DNA of 63,856 bases, filler included, from Octopus bimaculoides (taxonomy: Eukaryota): the NCBI RefSeq assembly GCF_001194135.2. It is 7 parts of 7 records of this genome, joined end to end, with 100 filler letters (N's around TTAATTAATTAA, not from the genome) between each part and the next. Parts side by side here need not be neighbours in the genome. Positions count along the whole stretch, not along the records: positions 47,857 to 52,618 come from NC_068984.1; positions 52,719 to 59,911 come from NC_068982.1; positions 60,012 to 61,928 come from NW_026361243.1; positions 62,029 to 63,856 come from NW_026312419.1; 3 more parts are not named here. One strand, given 5' to 3'. The notes beneath the pieces were generated by a model, which saw only the letters and a list, made by a program, of their open reading frames with translations, made no database searches and was not told where the DNA came from. Every line of letters begins with the position of its first letter. The stretch's first letter is position 1. A program made the position numbers and the translations under genes. Below, piece after piece: positions 51,682 to 63,405 of the stretch.

Positions 51682-51912
51682 GGTGGTGAGCTTGCAGAAA
51701 CGTTAGCACGCCAGGCAAAATGCTTAGCGGTATTTCGTCTGCCGTTACATTCTGAGTTCAAATTCCGCCGAGGTCGACTTTGCCTTTCATCCTTTCAGGG
51801 TCGATTAAATAAGTACCAGTTACATACTGGGGTCAATGTAATCGACTTCATCCCTTTGTCTGTCCTTGTTTGTCCCCTCTATGTTTAGCCCCCTTGTGGG
51901 CAATAAAGAAAT
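51682..51912 (+). mobile_element. SINE family A copy (long-tail monomer)
   Basis: gagcttgcagaaacgttagcacgccaggcaaaatgcttagcgg...ccccttgtgggcaataaagaaat; same tail as the 46661-46890 monomer. Further decayed copies at about 730-850, 20725-20935, 29390-29565, 32030-32185 and 60280-60362. Confidence 0.8.
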
Positions 51913-52805
51913 TAAAAAATTCCTACATCAAACTCACTAATTCTCCTCACCATAACTTTTTATCAACTCACATCCTACAAACACACCCTTTCCCCCTATC
52001 ATCCCCTCCCTCCTTTCTATGCAATTATTTATGCAGGTTATCCATACCACATTTAATTATCATTTCCCACAGCTCCACTCCCACCCCACCATATAACTTG
52101 CCACACATTATATGAAGCCATAACGAAAAGAAACTTCAAATAAAAGCACAATCTGACATATGTAAGCAACTGAAAATTTTGAAGTCACTGTCAACATTTT
52201 GTGAAAATATAATTAATATGTACTCTACTAAAAGTATTCAGTAATCATTCGATTCAATGTAAAAAATAAATTTTATATATAACTTGGCATGTGTGTGTGT
52301 GTGTGTGTATGTATGTGTGTGTGTATCTATATATATAAATGTACATACATACCTATACATATATATGTACATATATATATATATATACATACATAGCTTT
52401 CCTACCAATTTATACATGAACTACTATTGAACTACAAAAGCTCAAAGACAATATAATGTATGGGTATATTTATTTATTTTTATATATTATTGTTTTATAT
52501 ATTATTTTCTTCATTTTGTACTTTTTTGTACTTCTTTGTAAAAAAACATTTTCATTCTCCTTCTTCTTGATAATTTGCTTCATCGCAATGAAAACCGGTT
52601 AGAAAAAATCTTTATTAANNNNNNNNNNNNNNNNNNNNNNNNNNNNNNNNNNNNNNNNNNNNTTAATTAATTAANNNNNNNNNNNNNNNNNNNNNNNNNN
52701 NNNNNNNNNNNNNNNNNNGTTTGTGCGCGTTGTGTGTGTGTGTGTGTGTATGTGTGTGTGTGTGTCTGTGTCTGCGTTTGTGTGTGTGTTTGCGCGTGCG
52801 CACTT

Positions 52806-52840
<35 letters not shown>

Positions 52841-53304
52841 TTACAGAATGGTGACTAGTTAAGAACATCATTTCGCAGTCATGGACTTCTGGGTTCGATC
52901 TCTTTGTTGGGTATCTAATCACTGGTCTTTTATCATAGCTTTGTGATCCAAGTAAAGTCGAGCAGATGGTTGTTTATACCCGTAATTTAAAGGTCCACCC
53001 TGATTCAGTCTGAGAATCACATCAATGATACATGTATTTGTAGGTGGAATATTCAGCCAGTTACAAGATGATGAGTTGGCAGTTCAGCTGATTAAACAAG
53101 TGGAAATTTATTGTCAAAGGCGACGGAGGATCCATTATGTATCTGTCTGTCTGTCGGTCTGTTTCTTTCCCTGTCTGTCCGTCTGTCTGGCTAGCGGGTT
53201 CAGTCCCACTGTGCGGCATCTTGGGCAAATGTCTTCTACTACAACTCTGAGTCAAACAATGCCTTGTGAATGAATTTAGTGGACGGAAATTATATGGAAG
53301 CATG

Positions 53305-53338
<34 letters not shown>

Positions 53339-53894
53339 TAGCTGAGTAGCCTGTCGTTGTTGCTCAGTTTTCACAACAGAAGACCTTTATGACTATTTTT
53401 TGTCCCATGTCAGACCGTGTCTTCTCCAGTGCACCGTTTGGGAGCCTTTCCGTGATATACACACATGCACTTTCATTTATATCTTCTATCTTTTATCTTT
53501 TACTTATTTCATTCTTCAGACTACTGGCCATGCTGGGGCACCGCCTTGAATAATTTTTATTCGANNNNNNNNNNNNNNNNNNNNNNNNNNNNNNNNNNNN
53601 NNNNNNNNNNNNNNNNNNNNNNNNNNNNNNNNNNNNNNNNNNNNNNNNNNNNNNNNNNNNNNNNNNNNNNNNNNNNNNNNNNNNNNNNNNNNNNNNNNNN
53701 NNNNNNNNNNNNNNNNNNNNNNNNNNNNNNNNNNNNNNNNNNNNNNNNNNNNNNNNNNNNNNNNNNNNNNNNNNNNNNNNNNNNNNNNNNNNNNNNNNNN
53801 NNNNNNNNNNNNNNNNNNNNNNNNNNNNNNNNNNNNNNNNNNNNNNNNNNNNNNNNNNNNNNNNNNNNNNNNNNNNNNNNNNNNNNNATATATA

Positions 53895-54300
53895 TTCTTT
53901 TATTCTTTTATTTGTTTCAGTCATTTAACTGCGGCTATGCTGGAGCTCCGCCTTTTGTCGAGTAAATTGCCCCCAAGACTTATTCTTTGTAAGCCTAGTA
54001 CTCATTCTATTGGTCGCTTTGGCCGAACTGGTAGGTTACAGGGATGTAAACACACCAGCATCGGTTGCCAAGCGATGTTGTGGGGACAAACACAGACACA
54101 CAAACATATACACACATATACATATACATATATATATATATATGTACGACGTGTTTCTTTCAGTTTCCGTCAACGAAATCCATTCACAAGGCTTTGGTCG
54201 GCCCGAGGCTATAGTAGAAGACACTGGCCTAAGGTGCCACGCAGTGGGACTGAACCTGGAACCATGTGGCTGGTAAGCAAGCTGCTTACCACACAACCAC
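53895..54300 (-). mobile_element. SINE family B, near full length
   Basis: Same motifs. Partial copies also at about 8880-9065(+), 24795-24985(+), 25030-25405(-), 26535-26828(-), 40195-40525(+), 42985-43145(+), 44175-44340(-), 53195-53310(+), 53480-53564(-), 54345-54530(+) and 55085-55207(-). Confidence 0.85.
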
Positions 54301-54659
54301 ATTTATATATATCAAATGTGCGTGTATTTGTTCCCCATCACTACTTGGCAAGAGTTCTCTGTTTGTTTACATCCATGTAACCTAGCGGTTTGACAAAATA
54401 TACCGATAGAATAAGTACCAGATTTGAAAAATATATGCTGGGGTCGATTTGTTCGACCAGACCATTCAAGGCGGTACCTCAGCATGACCGCAGACCAATG
54501 ACTGAAACAAGTAAAAGATAAAACAATAAAAGATGTATATACACACATATACACATATGTGCAGACTTGAATGTGTGTGTGCGTGCGTGCGCGCGTATGT
54601 GTGTGCGTATGTGTAAGCTCTACTCTTCACTCAAGAACTGCACAGACCGACCAGCATAA

Positions 54660-54880
54660 ATACCAACAGTTACAAAGTGTCCATTAAGTAAAAGGTTAAC
54701 AAACTGGTTTGAACATTTCGGAAGTCTTTTGGGAGAAGTTGCGACTCTCCCAGATGATAGAGAACTACCAAAAGTTATCCTTTCCGATACCCTTGATATT
54801 GCAGCAACACCTTTTAATTGTAATGAATCCAAATATGTTCTGAATTCTCTTAAAACTAAAGATTATGCAGTCCTGATAAC
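54660..54880 (+). mobile_element. APE-type LINE ORF2 fragment (region before the RT; RTE-like)
   Basis: RLTNWFEHFGSLLG...DIAATPFNCNESKYVLNSLK resembles W.EHF..LLG...I...PFT..E....I..LK. Confidence 0.6.
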
Positions 54881-56058
54881 ATCCCTGTTATCAAATGAAA
54901 AGACATCATTTGTACTTTTTTTTTTAATATATGACCTACTTCTTGATGTCTGTAATTGCAGTCTCAAACACTTTGTTAATTCAATCGTCTAGAGAAAGTC
55001 ATTGATAATTCCAGTCCCAAAGAATTTTTTTTTTTTTTTCAAATTATTGATTATCTAACGCGCGTTATTTTTTGTCTTCTATTTTTTTACTTGCTTCAGT
55101 CATCGGATTGCGGCCATGCTGGGGCACCGCCTTTGAAAGTTTGATAAAAAAATCGACCTTGTTACTTATTTTTAAGCTCGGTGTTTATTCTATTAGTCTC
55201 TTTTAGCNNNNNNNNNNNNNNNNNNNNNNNNNNNNNNNNNNNNNNNNNNNNNNNNNNNNNNNNNNNNNNNNNNNNNNNNNNNNNNNNNNNNNNNNNNNNN
55301 NNNNNNNNNNNNNNNNNNNNNNNNNNNNNNNNNNNNNNNNNNNNNNNNNNNNNNNNNNNNNNNNNNNNNNNNNNNNNNNNNNNNNNNNNNNNNNNNNNNN
55401 NNNNNNNNNNNNNNNNNNNNNNNNNNNNNNNNNNNNNNNNNNNNNNNNNNNNNNNNNNNNNNNNNNNNNNNNNNNNNNNNNNNNNNNNNNNNNNNNNNNN
55501 NNNNNNNNNNNNNNNNNNNNNNNNNNNNNNNNNNNNNNNNNNNNNNNNNNNNNNNNNNNNNNNNNNNNNNNNNNNNNNNNNNNNNNNNNNNNNNNNNNNN
55601 NNNNNNNNNNNNNNNNNNNNNNNNNNNNNNNNNNNNNNNNNNNNNNNNNNNNNNNNNNNNNNNNNNNNNNNNNNNNNNNNNNNNNNNNNNNNNNNNNNNN
55701 NNNNNNNNNNNNNNNNNNNNNNNNNNNNNNNNNNNNNNNNNNNNNNNNNNNNNNNNNNNNNNNNNNNNNNNNNNNNNNNNNNNNNNNNNNNNNNNNNNNN
55801 NNNNNNNNNNNNNNNNNNNNNNNNNNNNNNNNNNNNNNNNNNNNNNNNNNNNNNNNNNNNNNNNNNNNNNNNNNNNNNNNNNNNNNNNNNNNNNNNNNNN
55901 NNNNNNNNNNNNNNNNNNNNNNNNNNNNNNNNNNNNNNNNNNNNNNNNNNNCGGCCAGACGAGAAAAATTATGTGTGTATGAACGCTGTGAGGCACGAAC
56001 TTGAAAGTAGGGACGAAGTAAGTTCGCGTGTTTGCTCGGCGATAGCCAAGGAAGAAAA

Positions 56059-56100
<42 letters not shown>

Positions 56101-56269
56101 CAAATAATAAATGAGTATTTGCATATATACGTACATGTATGTACATACTTACATCTACCTGTATATATAGATGCATATCTGGGTACAGGACATTGCAAAC
56201 AAAACGTAGACAAAATATGCATATAATGTACACATGAAAATGCATATTTACAAATATATATAGCTACAC

Positions 56270-56270
<1 letters not shown>

Positions 56271-56340
<70 letters not shown>
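56271..56340 (+). repeat. (ATCT)n microsatellite
   Basis: Read directly. Confidence 0.95.
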
Positions 56341-56723
56341 GAACATTGATTAAAACATTACTCAGTACATTTGAGTCTCAAAATTAATCGTTTTACAGNN
56401 NNNNNNNNNNNNNNNNNNNNNNNNNNNNNNNNNNNNNNNNNNNNNNNNNNNNNNNNNNNNNNNNNNNNNNNNNNNNNNNNNNNNNNNNNNNNNNNNNNNN
56501 NNNNNNNNNNNNNNNNNNNNNNNNNNNNNNNNNNNNNNNNNNNNNNNNNNNNNNNNNNNNNNNNNNNNNNNNNNNNNNNNNNNNNNNNNNNNNNNNNNNN
56601 NNNNNNNNNNNNNNNNNNNNNNNNNNNNNNNNNNNNNNATTGACTAATATTTTTAACCCTCCTTGTTGGCACCGATTTATTCCATTGAAACACACACACA
56701 CAGATTATCTATCTATCTATCTA

Positions 56724-56773
<50 letters not shown>

Positions 56774-57147
56774 AATGTCTGTGTGCGTGAGTCTCTCTCT
56801 CTCCATATATATATATATATATATATAAATACATACATACGTATATGTGAGCTATACTCGTACAAATGTACACACACATACGCACGTCCACACGCACACA
56901 TACACACACACACACACACACGCATGCACGCACGCACGCACGCGCACTCACTAAAACAGACACTCTCCCACACAGAATCTCTTACAAAGCTAATAAAAAG
57001 ATCAGTTTATCGCCTGTCTCCCTCCCAATCAGCTGGTAGTCGTATCGATTAAATTATTGTTCCTACATTTTCAAAGTGACACTGGCTGCTGATGGCCACC
57101 GACAACTGCATCCATACGTCTCTGTCTAGCTAGCGTTTCTCTGGAAT

Positions 57148-57193
<46 letters not shown>

Positions 57194-58147
57194 GGAGGGA
57201 GTGAGGATATTTTTTTTTTTTTACACGCATGAATACGCTCGCATGAAGCGCAGTGGCCAACAGAAGCCAACTGTATCAGGCGAAACACAGGCACGGCATT
57301 TGGTGTCTCCGTCCCATTCTGGAATCTTCAAACATCGAAAAAGAAAGAAAGAAAAAAAGGCATTAGCAGAACCACATCAAATCTCATTACACTCGCACAT
57401 ACATACATGCATACACACATACAGACACATATATAAACATACACATGCAAGCATAAATTCACATGCACACACATATGTACACAAACAGGGATACTTACTC
57501 AAACACAAAAACACAACTCTATGCATATTTATATAGACATAGATATAGAATATTAACGCGGACACTGATGTGATTTTTGAAGCCGGTATAGGACAGGAAA
57601 CTCGTTATACTTATATTTACCAAATGGAAACCAAATATTTTGAAGGAATATTTTTTTTGGAAGCCCAGAAATAAAATCATCGTGGACGAGAGTCTTTTAT
57701 TCTTTGTCCTGTGGTACTTTATTTCGTTTTGGTGTGGCAACAACGATTTCGGACCATACTATGAACTTAATGTGAGTTACACAATCAGCAAAGCTGAAGA
57801 AATTTCGGCAGAAATAAATCAACAACAAACAAAAACAGAAAGACTCTTTTTGTTTACATCCAGAAATTTATTTCAAGTAATGTGTTTGTGAAACACCTAC
57901 AATTAACAAGGTAAGGATGCATTCATGTGTATTTGTATTTATGTGTGTGTGTGTGTGTGTATGTGTGTGTGTATGTGTGTGTGTGTGTGTAAGAAAATGT
58001 GTATATATTTATGTTTATATATACATGTATATATGTACAAACATATATGTATGCATATATATGTGCATGTATATATATATGCATGTATATATAAATATAT
58101 GTGTATGCATGTATATACATAAGTATATACATAAGTATATATATATG

Positions 58148-58186
<39 letters not shown>

Positions 58187-59767
58187 ATATATATATNNNN
58201 NNNNNNNNNNNNNNNNNNNNNNNNNNNNNNNNNNNNNNNNNNNNNNNNNNNNNNNNNNNNNNNNNNNNNNNNNNNNNNNNNNNNNNNNNNNNNNNNNNNN
58301 NNNNNNNNNNNNNNNNNNNNNNNNNNNNNNNNNNNNNNNNNNNNNNNNNNNNNNNNNNNNNNNNNNNNNNNNNNNNNNNNNNNNNNNNNNNNNNNNNNNN
58401 NNNNNNNNNNNNNNNNNNNNNNNNNNNNNNNNNNNNNNNNNNNNNNNNNNNNNNNNNNNNNNNNNNNNNNNNNNNNNNNNNNNNNNNNNNNNNNNNNNNN
58501 NNNNNNNNNNNNNNNNNNNNNNNNNNNNNNNNNNNNNNNNNNNNNNNNNNNNNNNNNNNNNNNNNNNNNNNNNNNNNNNNNNNNNNNNNNNNNNNNNNNN
58601 NNNNNNNNNNNNNNNNNNNNNNNNNNNNNNNNNNNNNNNNNNNNNNNNNNNNNNNNNNNNNNNNNNNNNNNNNNNNNNNNNNNNNNNNNNNNNNNNNNNN
58701 NNNNNNNNNNNNNNNNNNNNNNNNNNNNNNNNNNNNNNNNNNNNNNNNNNNNNNNNNNNNNNNNNNNNNNNNNNNNNNNNNNNNNNNNNNNNNNNNNNNN
58801 NNNNNNNNNNNNNNNNNNNNNNNNNNNNNNNNNNNNNNNNNNNNNNNNNNNNNNNNNNNNNNNNNNNNNNNNNNNNNNNNNNNNNNNNNNNNNNNNNNNN
58901 NNNNNNNNNNNNNNNNNNNNNNNNNNNNNNNNNNNNNNNNNNNNNNNNNNNNNNNNNNNNNNNNNNNNNNNNNNNNNNNNNNNNNNNNNNNNNNNNNNNN
59001 NNNNNNNNNNNNNNNNNNNNNNNNNNNNNNNNNNNNNNNNNNNNNNNNNNNNNNNNNNNNNNNNNNNNNNNNNNNNNNNNNNNNNTATATATATATAGGC
59101 GACCGAAGAAGTGCTATGCGATTCTCAATATCAATTAATAATTCAGTAATTCAATATAAAGTCTACTATACTATTTTACTATGGTATGTAATTTTGTTAG
59201 TTTTCGCTTCTGTTTCGTTATTTTCAACTTTCAGCATTAAATTCTTCCAATTTTTAAAACGTTTATCTTCTGAGAAACTTTTCAATGTCTTACAAACTCG
59301 ACGGAGGAAGGCGACTGGACCGTTTACATGCAACAACCGTTTCTTCTTTTCTTCTTTTACCAACTTGATGACTGCTTCATACACTCTGACGTGTACCCAT
59401 ATAGACGCACACACATGCTCACCTTACCCGTGTGTGTGTGTATACATACACACGGGATATATATATAAACAATATTTGAGTATATGCATATATATGTACA
59501 TGTATGTACATACCTTCATCTACATGTACATATAGATACATATCTGGGTACGCGACGTTGCAAAAAAAAACATGGACAAAATGATAAACAAGGTACAAAA
59601 AAAAAACAAGCAGGCCACATAGAGTACATATCCTTCATCAGCTGCCACCATTAAAACACTGGCGTTTCGAAGATATATATATATATATATATTGATAGAA
59701 ATTGTAAGACAACAAAAGAATGAAAGAGACCTCGATATTATGTAAATAGAGGAATCTATCCGTAAAT

Positions 59768-59844
59768 ATATGTGACAATTATTCGGTAGCCATGATATCC
59801 GAAACTCGGAGTTTTATCATGGCTACCGAATAATTGTCACATAT
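59768..59844. repeat. Perfect 30-bp hairpin with internal TCCGA/TCGGA mini-stem
   Basis: atatgtgacaattattcggtagccatgata / tatcatggctaccgaataattgtcacatat. Confidence 0.85.
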
Positions 59845-59851
59845 TATATTT

Positions 59852-59911
<60 letters not shown>

Positions 59912-60011
59912 NNNNNNNNNNNNNNNNNNNNNNNNNNNNNNNNNNNNNNNNNNNNTTAATTAATTAANNNNNNNNNNNNNNNNNNNNNNNNNNNNNNNNN
60001 NNNNNNNNNNN

Positions 60012-60051
<40 letters not shown>

Positions 60052-60081
60052 TCATATTTATGTTTATATTTATATTTGTAG

Positions 60082-60206
60082 CTCCTGAAGATGCCCATAA
60101 AATTAGTAAATACAAGGTCTTCTGGCAAAGTACGGACAATTGTCAGAAACACAGTAAAAACTGGAAGCTCTTCTCCAGTGAAGAAAAACAAAACGCACAA
60201 ACGCGG
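60082..60206 (+). CDS. ANOS1: Internal exon of anosmin-1-like gene (middle of FN3 domain 3)
   Basis: Acceptor tttatatttgtAG, donor GTaagt; 125 bp, phase 1 to phase 0. Encodes (x)PEDAHKISKYKVFWQSTDNCQKHSKNWKLFSSEEKQNAQTR, resembling recalled human ANOS1 [24 protein letters not shown]. Splices in frame to the next exon. Confidence 0.8.
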
Positions 60207-60444
60207 GTAAGTAGACGCCATTACTCACGCGTTAATTAGCAGTCGCTGTTGTCGTTGTCGTTAACATTCTTATCATTATTGGACGAAACGCTTATCGGTA
60301 TTTCGTCAGCCGTTACGTTCCGGGTTCAAATTCCGCCGAAGTCGACTTTACCTTTCATCGACCTATCTTTATACCCAGAATTGCTACCCTTGTAGCCAAA
60401 TTTCAAACCACTACTATTATTACCCACCTATTTTCAGTTTCATT

Positions 60445-60636
60445 CGTTTTCAATTTCTTGTATAGTGCTTTATCTTTGCAATCTTTCATCCTACACAAGC
60501 CTGATCTTCTTACTTCTGGTAATAGCGGTTCTATGGCATTTTTTGCATATCATGCTGTTGTTTTCTTCTGCTCTAATCCTGTGTTCACATCCAATAAGTC
60601 CTCTTCCTTCTCTTTTTCTTGGTACATACAGTCTGT
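60445..60636 (-). mobile_element. Dong/R4-like LINE fragment (RT thumb region)
   Basis: DRLYVPRKREGRGLIGCEHRIRAEENN matches the RLY.PR..GGRGL motif. Confidence 0.7.
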
Positions 60637-60696
60637 CTGGCGAGCTGGCAGAATCTGGCGGGCTGGCAGAATCTGGCGAGCTGGCAGAATCTGGCG
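60637..60696 (+). repeat. 18-bp tandem repeat CTGGCGAGCTGGCAGAAT (3.3 copies before a gap)
   Basis: Units at 60637, 60655, 60673 and a partial unit at 60691. Confidence 0.85.
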
Positions 60697-61341
60697 NNNN
60701 NNNNNNNNNNNNNNNNNNNNNNNNNNNNNNNNNNNNNNNNNNNNNNNNNNNNNNNNNNNNNNNNNNNNNNNNNNNNNNNNNNNNNNNNNNNNNNNNNNNN
60801 NNNNNNNNNNNNNNNNNNNNNNNNNNNNNNNNNNNNNNNNNNNNNNNNNNNNNNNNNNNNNNNNNNNNNNNNNNNNNNNNNNNNNNNNNNNNNNNNNNNN
60901 NNNNNNNNNNNNNNNNNNNNNNNNNNNNNNNNNNNNNNNNNNNNNNNNNNNNNNNNNNNNNNNNNNNNNNNNNNNNNNNNNNNNNNNNNNNNNNNNNNNN
61001 NNNNNNNNNNNNNNNNNNNNNNNNNNNNNNNNNNNNNNNNNNNNNNNNNNNNNNNNNNNNNNNNNNNNNNNNNNNNNNNNNNNNNNNNNNNNNNNNNNNN
61101 NNNNNNNNNNNNNNNNNNNNNNNNNNNNNNNNNNNNNNNNNNNNNNNNNNNNNNNNNNNNNNNNNNNNNNNNNNNNNNNNNNNNNNNNNNNNNNNNNNNN
61201 NNNNNNNNNNNNNNNNNNNNNNNNNNNNNNNNNNNNNNNNNNNNNNNNNNNNNNNNNNNNNNNNNNNNNNNNNNNNNNNNNNNNNNNNNNNNNNNNNNNN
61301 ATATATATATATATAAAATATTGAACGATACAATTAAATAA

Positions 61342-61343
<2 letters not shown>

Positions 61344-61391
<48 letters not shown>

Positions 61392-61499
61392 CGTTGATTT
61401 CGATGATGACGATGATGACGATGATGACGATGATTTCCGTGATGATGACGACGACGACGATGACGACGACGACGATGACGACGACGACGTCGACAATGC

Positions 61500-61532
<33 letters not shown>

Positions 61533-61627
61533 CGATGATGATGATGATGATGGTGATGACGATGACGATGATTATGACGATGACGATGACGATGACGATG
61601 ATGACGATGACGATGACGATGACGATC

Positions 61628-61660
<33 letters not shown>

Positions 61661-61683
61661 GTGATGATGACGACGATGATGAT
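61344..61683 (+). repeat. (GAT/GAC)n microsatellite abutting a splice acceptor
   Basis: Read directly; ends about 12 nt before the exon at 61696. Confidence 0.95.
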
Positions 61684-61695
61684 TTTCTATTGCAG

Positions 61696-61867
61696 AATAC
61701 ATATTTTGAATTATACCACCTGATCTACGATTGTACATACCAGGTGGATGTAGCTACTGTCAACGTCAATGACCAGCAAGGCGCCTTAGTGAGTATCAAT
61801 TTCACAACGCCACCTTGTGAGAAAATTCTTGTAAAAGGATCTATAGATTTAGAATGTCCTGTTGGAG
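61696..61867 (+). CDS. ANOS1: Internal exon of anosmin-1-like gene (end of FN3 domain 3)
   Basis: Acceptor ttttctattgcAG, donor GTacgt; 172 bp, phase 0 to phase 1. Encodes NTYFELYHLIYDCTYQVDVATVNVNDQQGALVSINFTTPPCEKILVKGSIDLECPVG, matching recalled human [21 protein letters not shown]...FFTTPPCSALKG..PVGC, including FTTPPC and the three Cys. Confidence 0.85.
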
Positions 61868-62028
61868 GTACGTATACACATATTTAAACTCTGTATAGAT
61901 ATACACACTCACTATATACATATATATANNNNNNNNNNNNNNNNNNNNNNNNNNNNNNNNNNNNNNNNNNNNTTAATTAATTAANNNNNNNNNNNNNNNN
62001 NNNNNNNNNNNNNNNNNNNNNNNNNNNN

Positions 62029-62064
<36 letters not shown>

Positions 62065-62857
62065 CATATACATATGTAAATCTATATATTTATATATATA
62101 TAAATCTATATATCTACACACACACACACACACACATATATGTCTGTGTGTTTGCATGAATATCATCACTTTTCGCCGTCTTTATCCTCACCGCACACAT
62201 TTCAAAACAATCTATGAATCTTTAAAGCGTTGTGAGGTTAATGTTACTGTTTAATAGTAATAACGCTATTATGCGCGTAGAGTTATGCTGCTGCATAAGA
62301 GTGTACATATGTATGCGTGCATGTATGTATATGTGCATGTGTGTATGTGGGTGTGTGTGTGTGTTCGCGTAGATATACATATACATAGGTGTGTGCATAT
62401 ATAGGTATTAGTATAGGTATTAGTATATATATATATATATATNNNNNNNNNNNNNNNNNNNNNNNNNNNNNNNNNNNNNNNNNNNNNNNNNNNNNNNNNN
62501 NNNNNNNNNNNNNNNNNNNNNNNNNNNNNNNNNNNNNNNNNNNNNNNNNNNNNNNNNNNNNNNNNNNNNNNNNNNNNNNNNNNNNNNNNNNNNNNNNNNN
62601 NNNNNNNNNNNNNNNNNNNNNNNNNNNNNNNNNNNNNNNNNNNNNNNNNNNNNNNNNNNNNNNNNNNNNNNNNNNNNNNNNNNNNNNNNNNNNNNNNNNN
62701 NNNNNNNNNNNNNNNNNNNNNNNNNNNNNNNNNNNNNNNNNNNNNGATAGATAGATAGATAGATAGATAGATATGTATGTATGGGTATATATATATAGGT
62801 ATTAATATATTTATATATATATATATATATATATATGATATACACTCATACACACAC

Positions 62858-62942
<85 letters not shown>

Positions 62943-63350
62943 AATATGCATACATGCATACATATTTTCGTACACATAAGCATGTGTTTGTTGACAATAA
63001 TGGCTGTATGCTTGCAGACTTAAGCTTCCGGTTAGCAACATACATATATATTTACATATTTGGCGCGTAAACATGAATTTGTGTACATCCATGTTTACAT
63101 AAATATATATATATTTATATATGTATGTAAAAACATATACACACACCACACACACACACACTCATATATATATTAATAAATGCAAGCATATCAACATATA
63201 AATATGTATGGGAACATATAGGTATGTAAATAAGTATGTGTTTGCCCATACACGAACCTACACAGACTCATTGTATTTGTGTGTGTGTATGTATATATCC
63301 AAATGTGTACAAATATATACTTATATATATATTTACATACACACACATAC

Positions 63351-63405
<55 letters not shown>

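Noticed and set aside
57540-57891. Candidate upstream anosmin exon (…WCGNNDFGPYYELN|gtgagt)
   Set aside because: No convincing acceptor, no similarity to the expected FN3 segment, and the donor would be phase 0 whereas the next exon needs phase 1. More likely decayed transposon coding sequence.
59255-59414. Strong-looking acceptor (ttttcaactttcag) with an open frame
   Set aside because: The peptide resembles nothing in anosmin, no good donor follows, and two of three frames stop at once.
61334-61738. Poly-His, poly-Met, poly-Asp and poly-Ser ORFs (also 23270-23602, 27060-27596)
   Set aside because: Translations of trinucleotide microsatellites, with no unique coding sequence or splice context.
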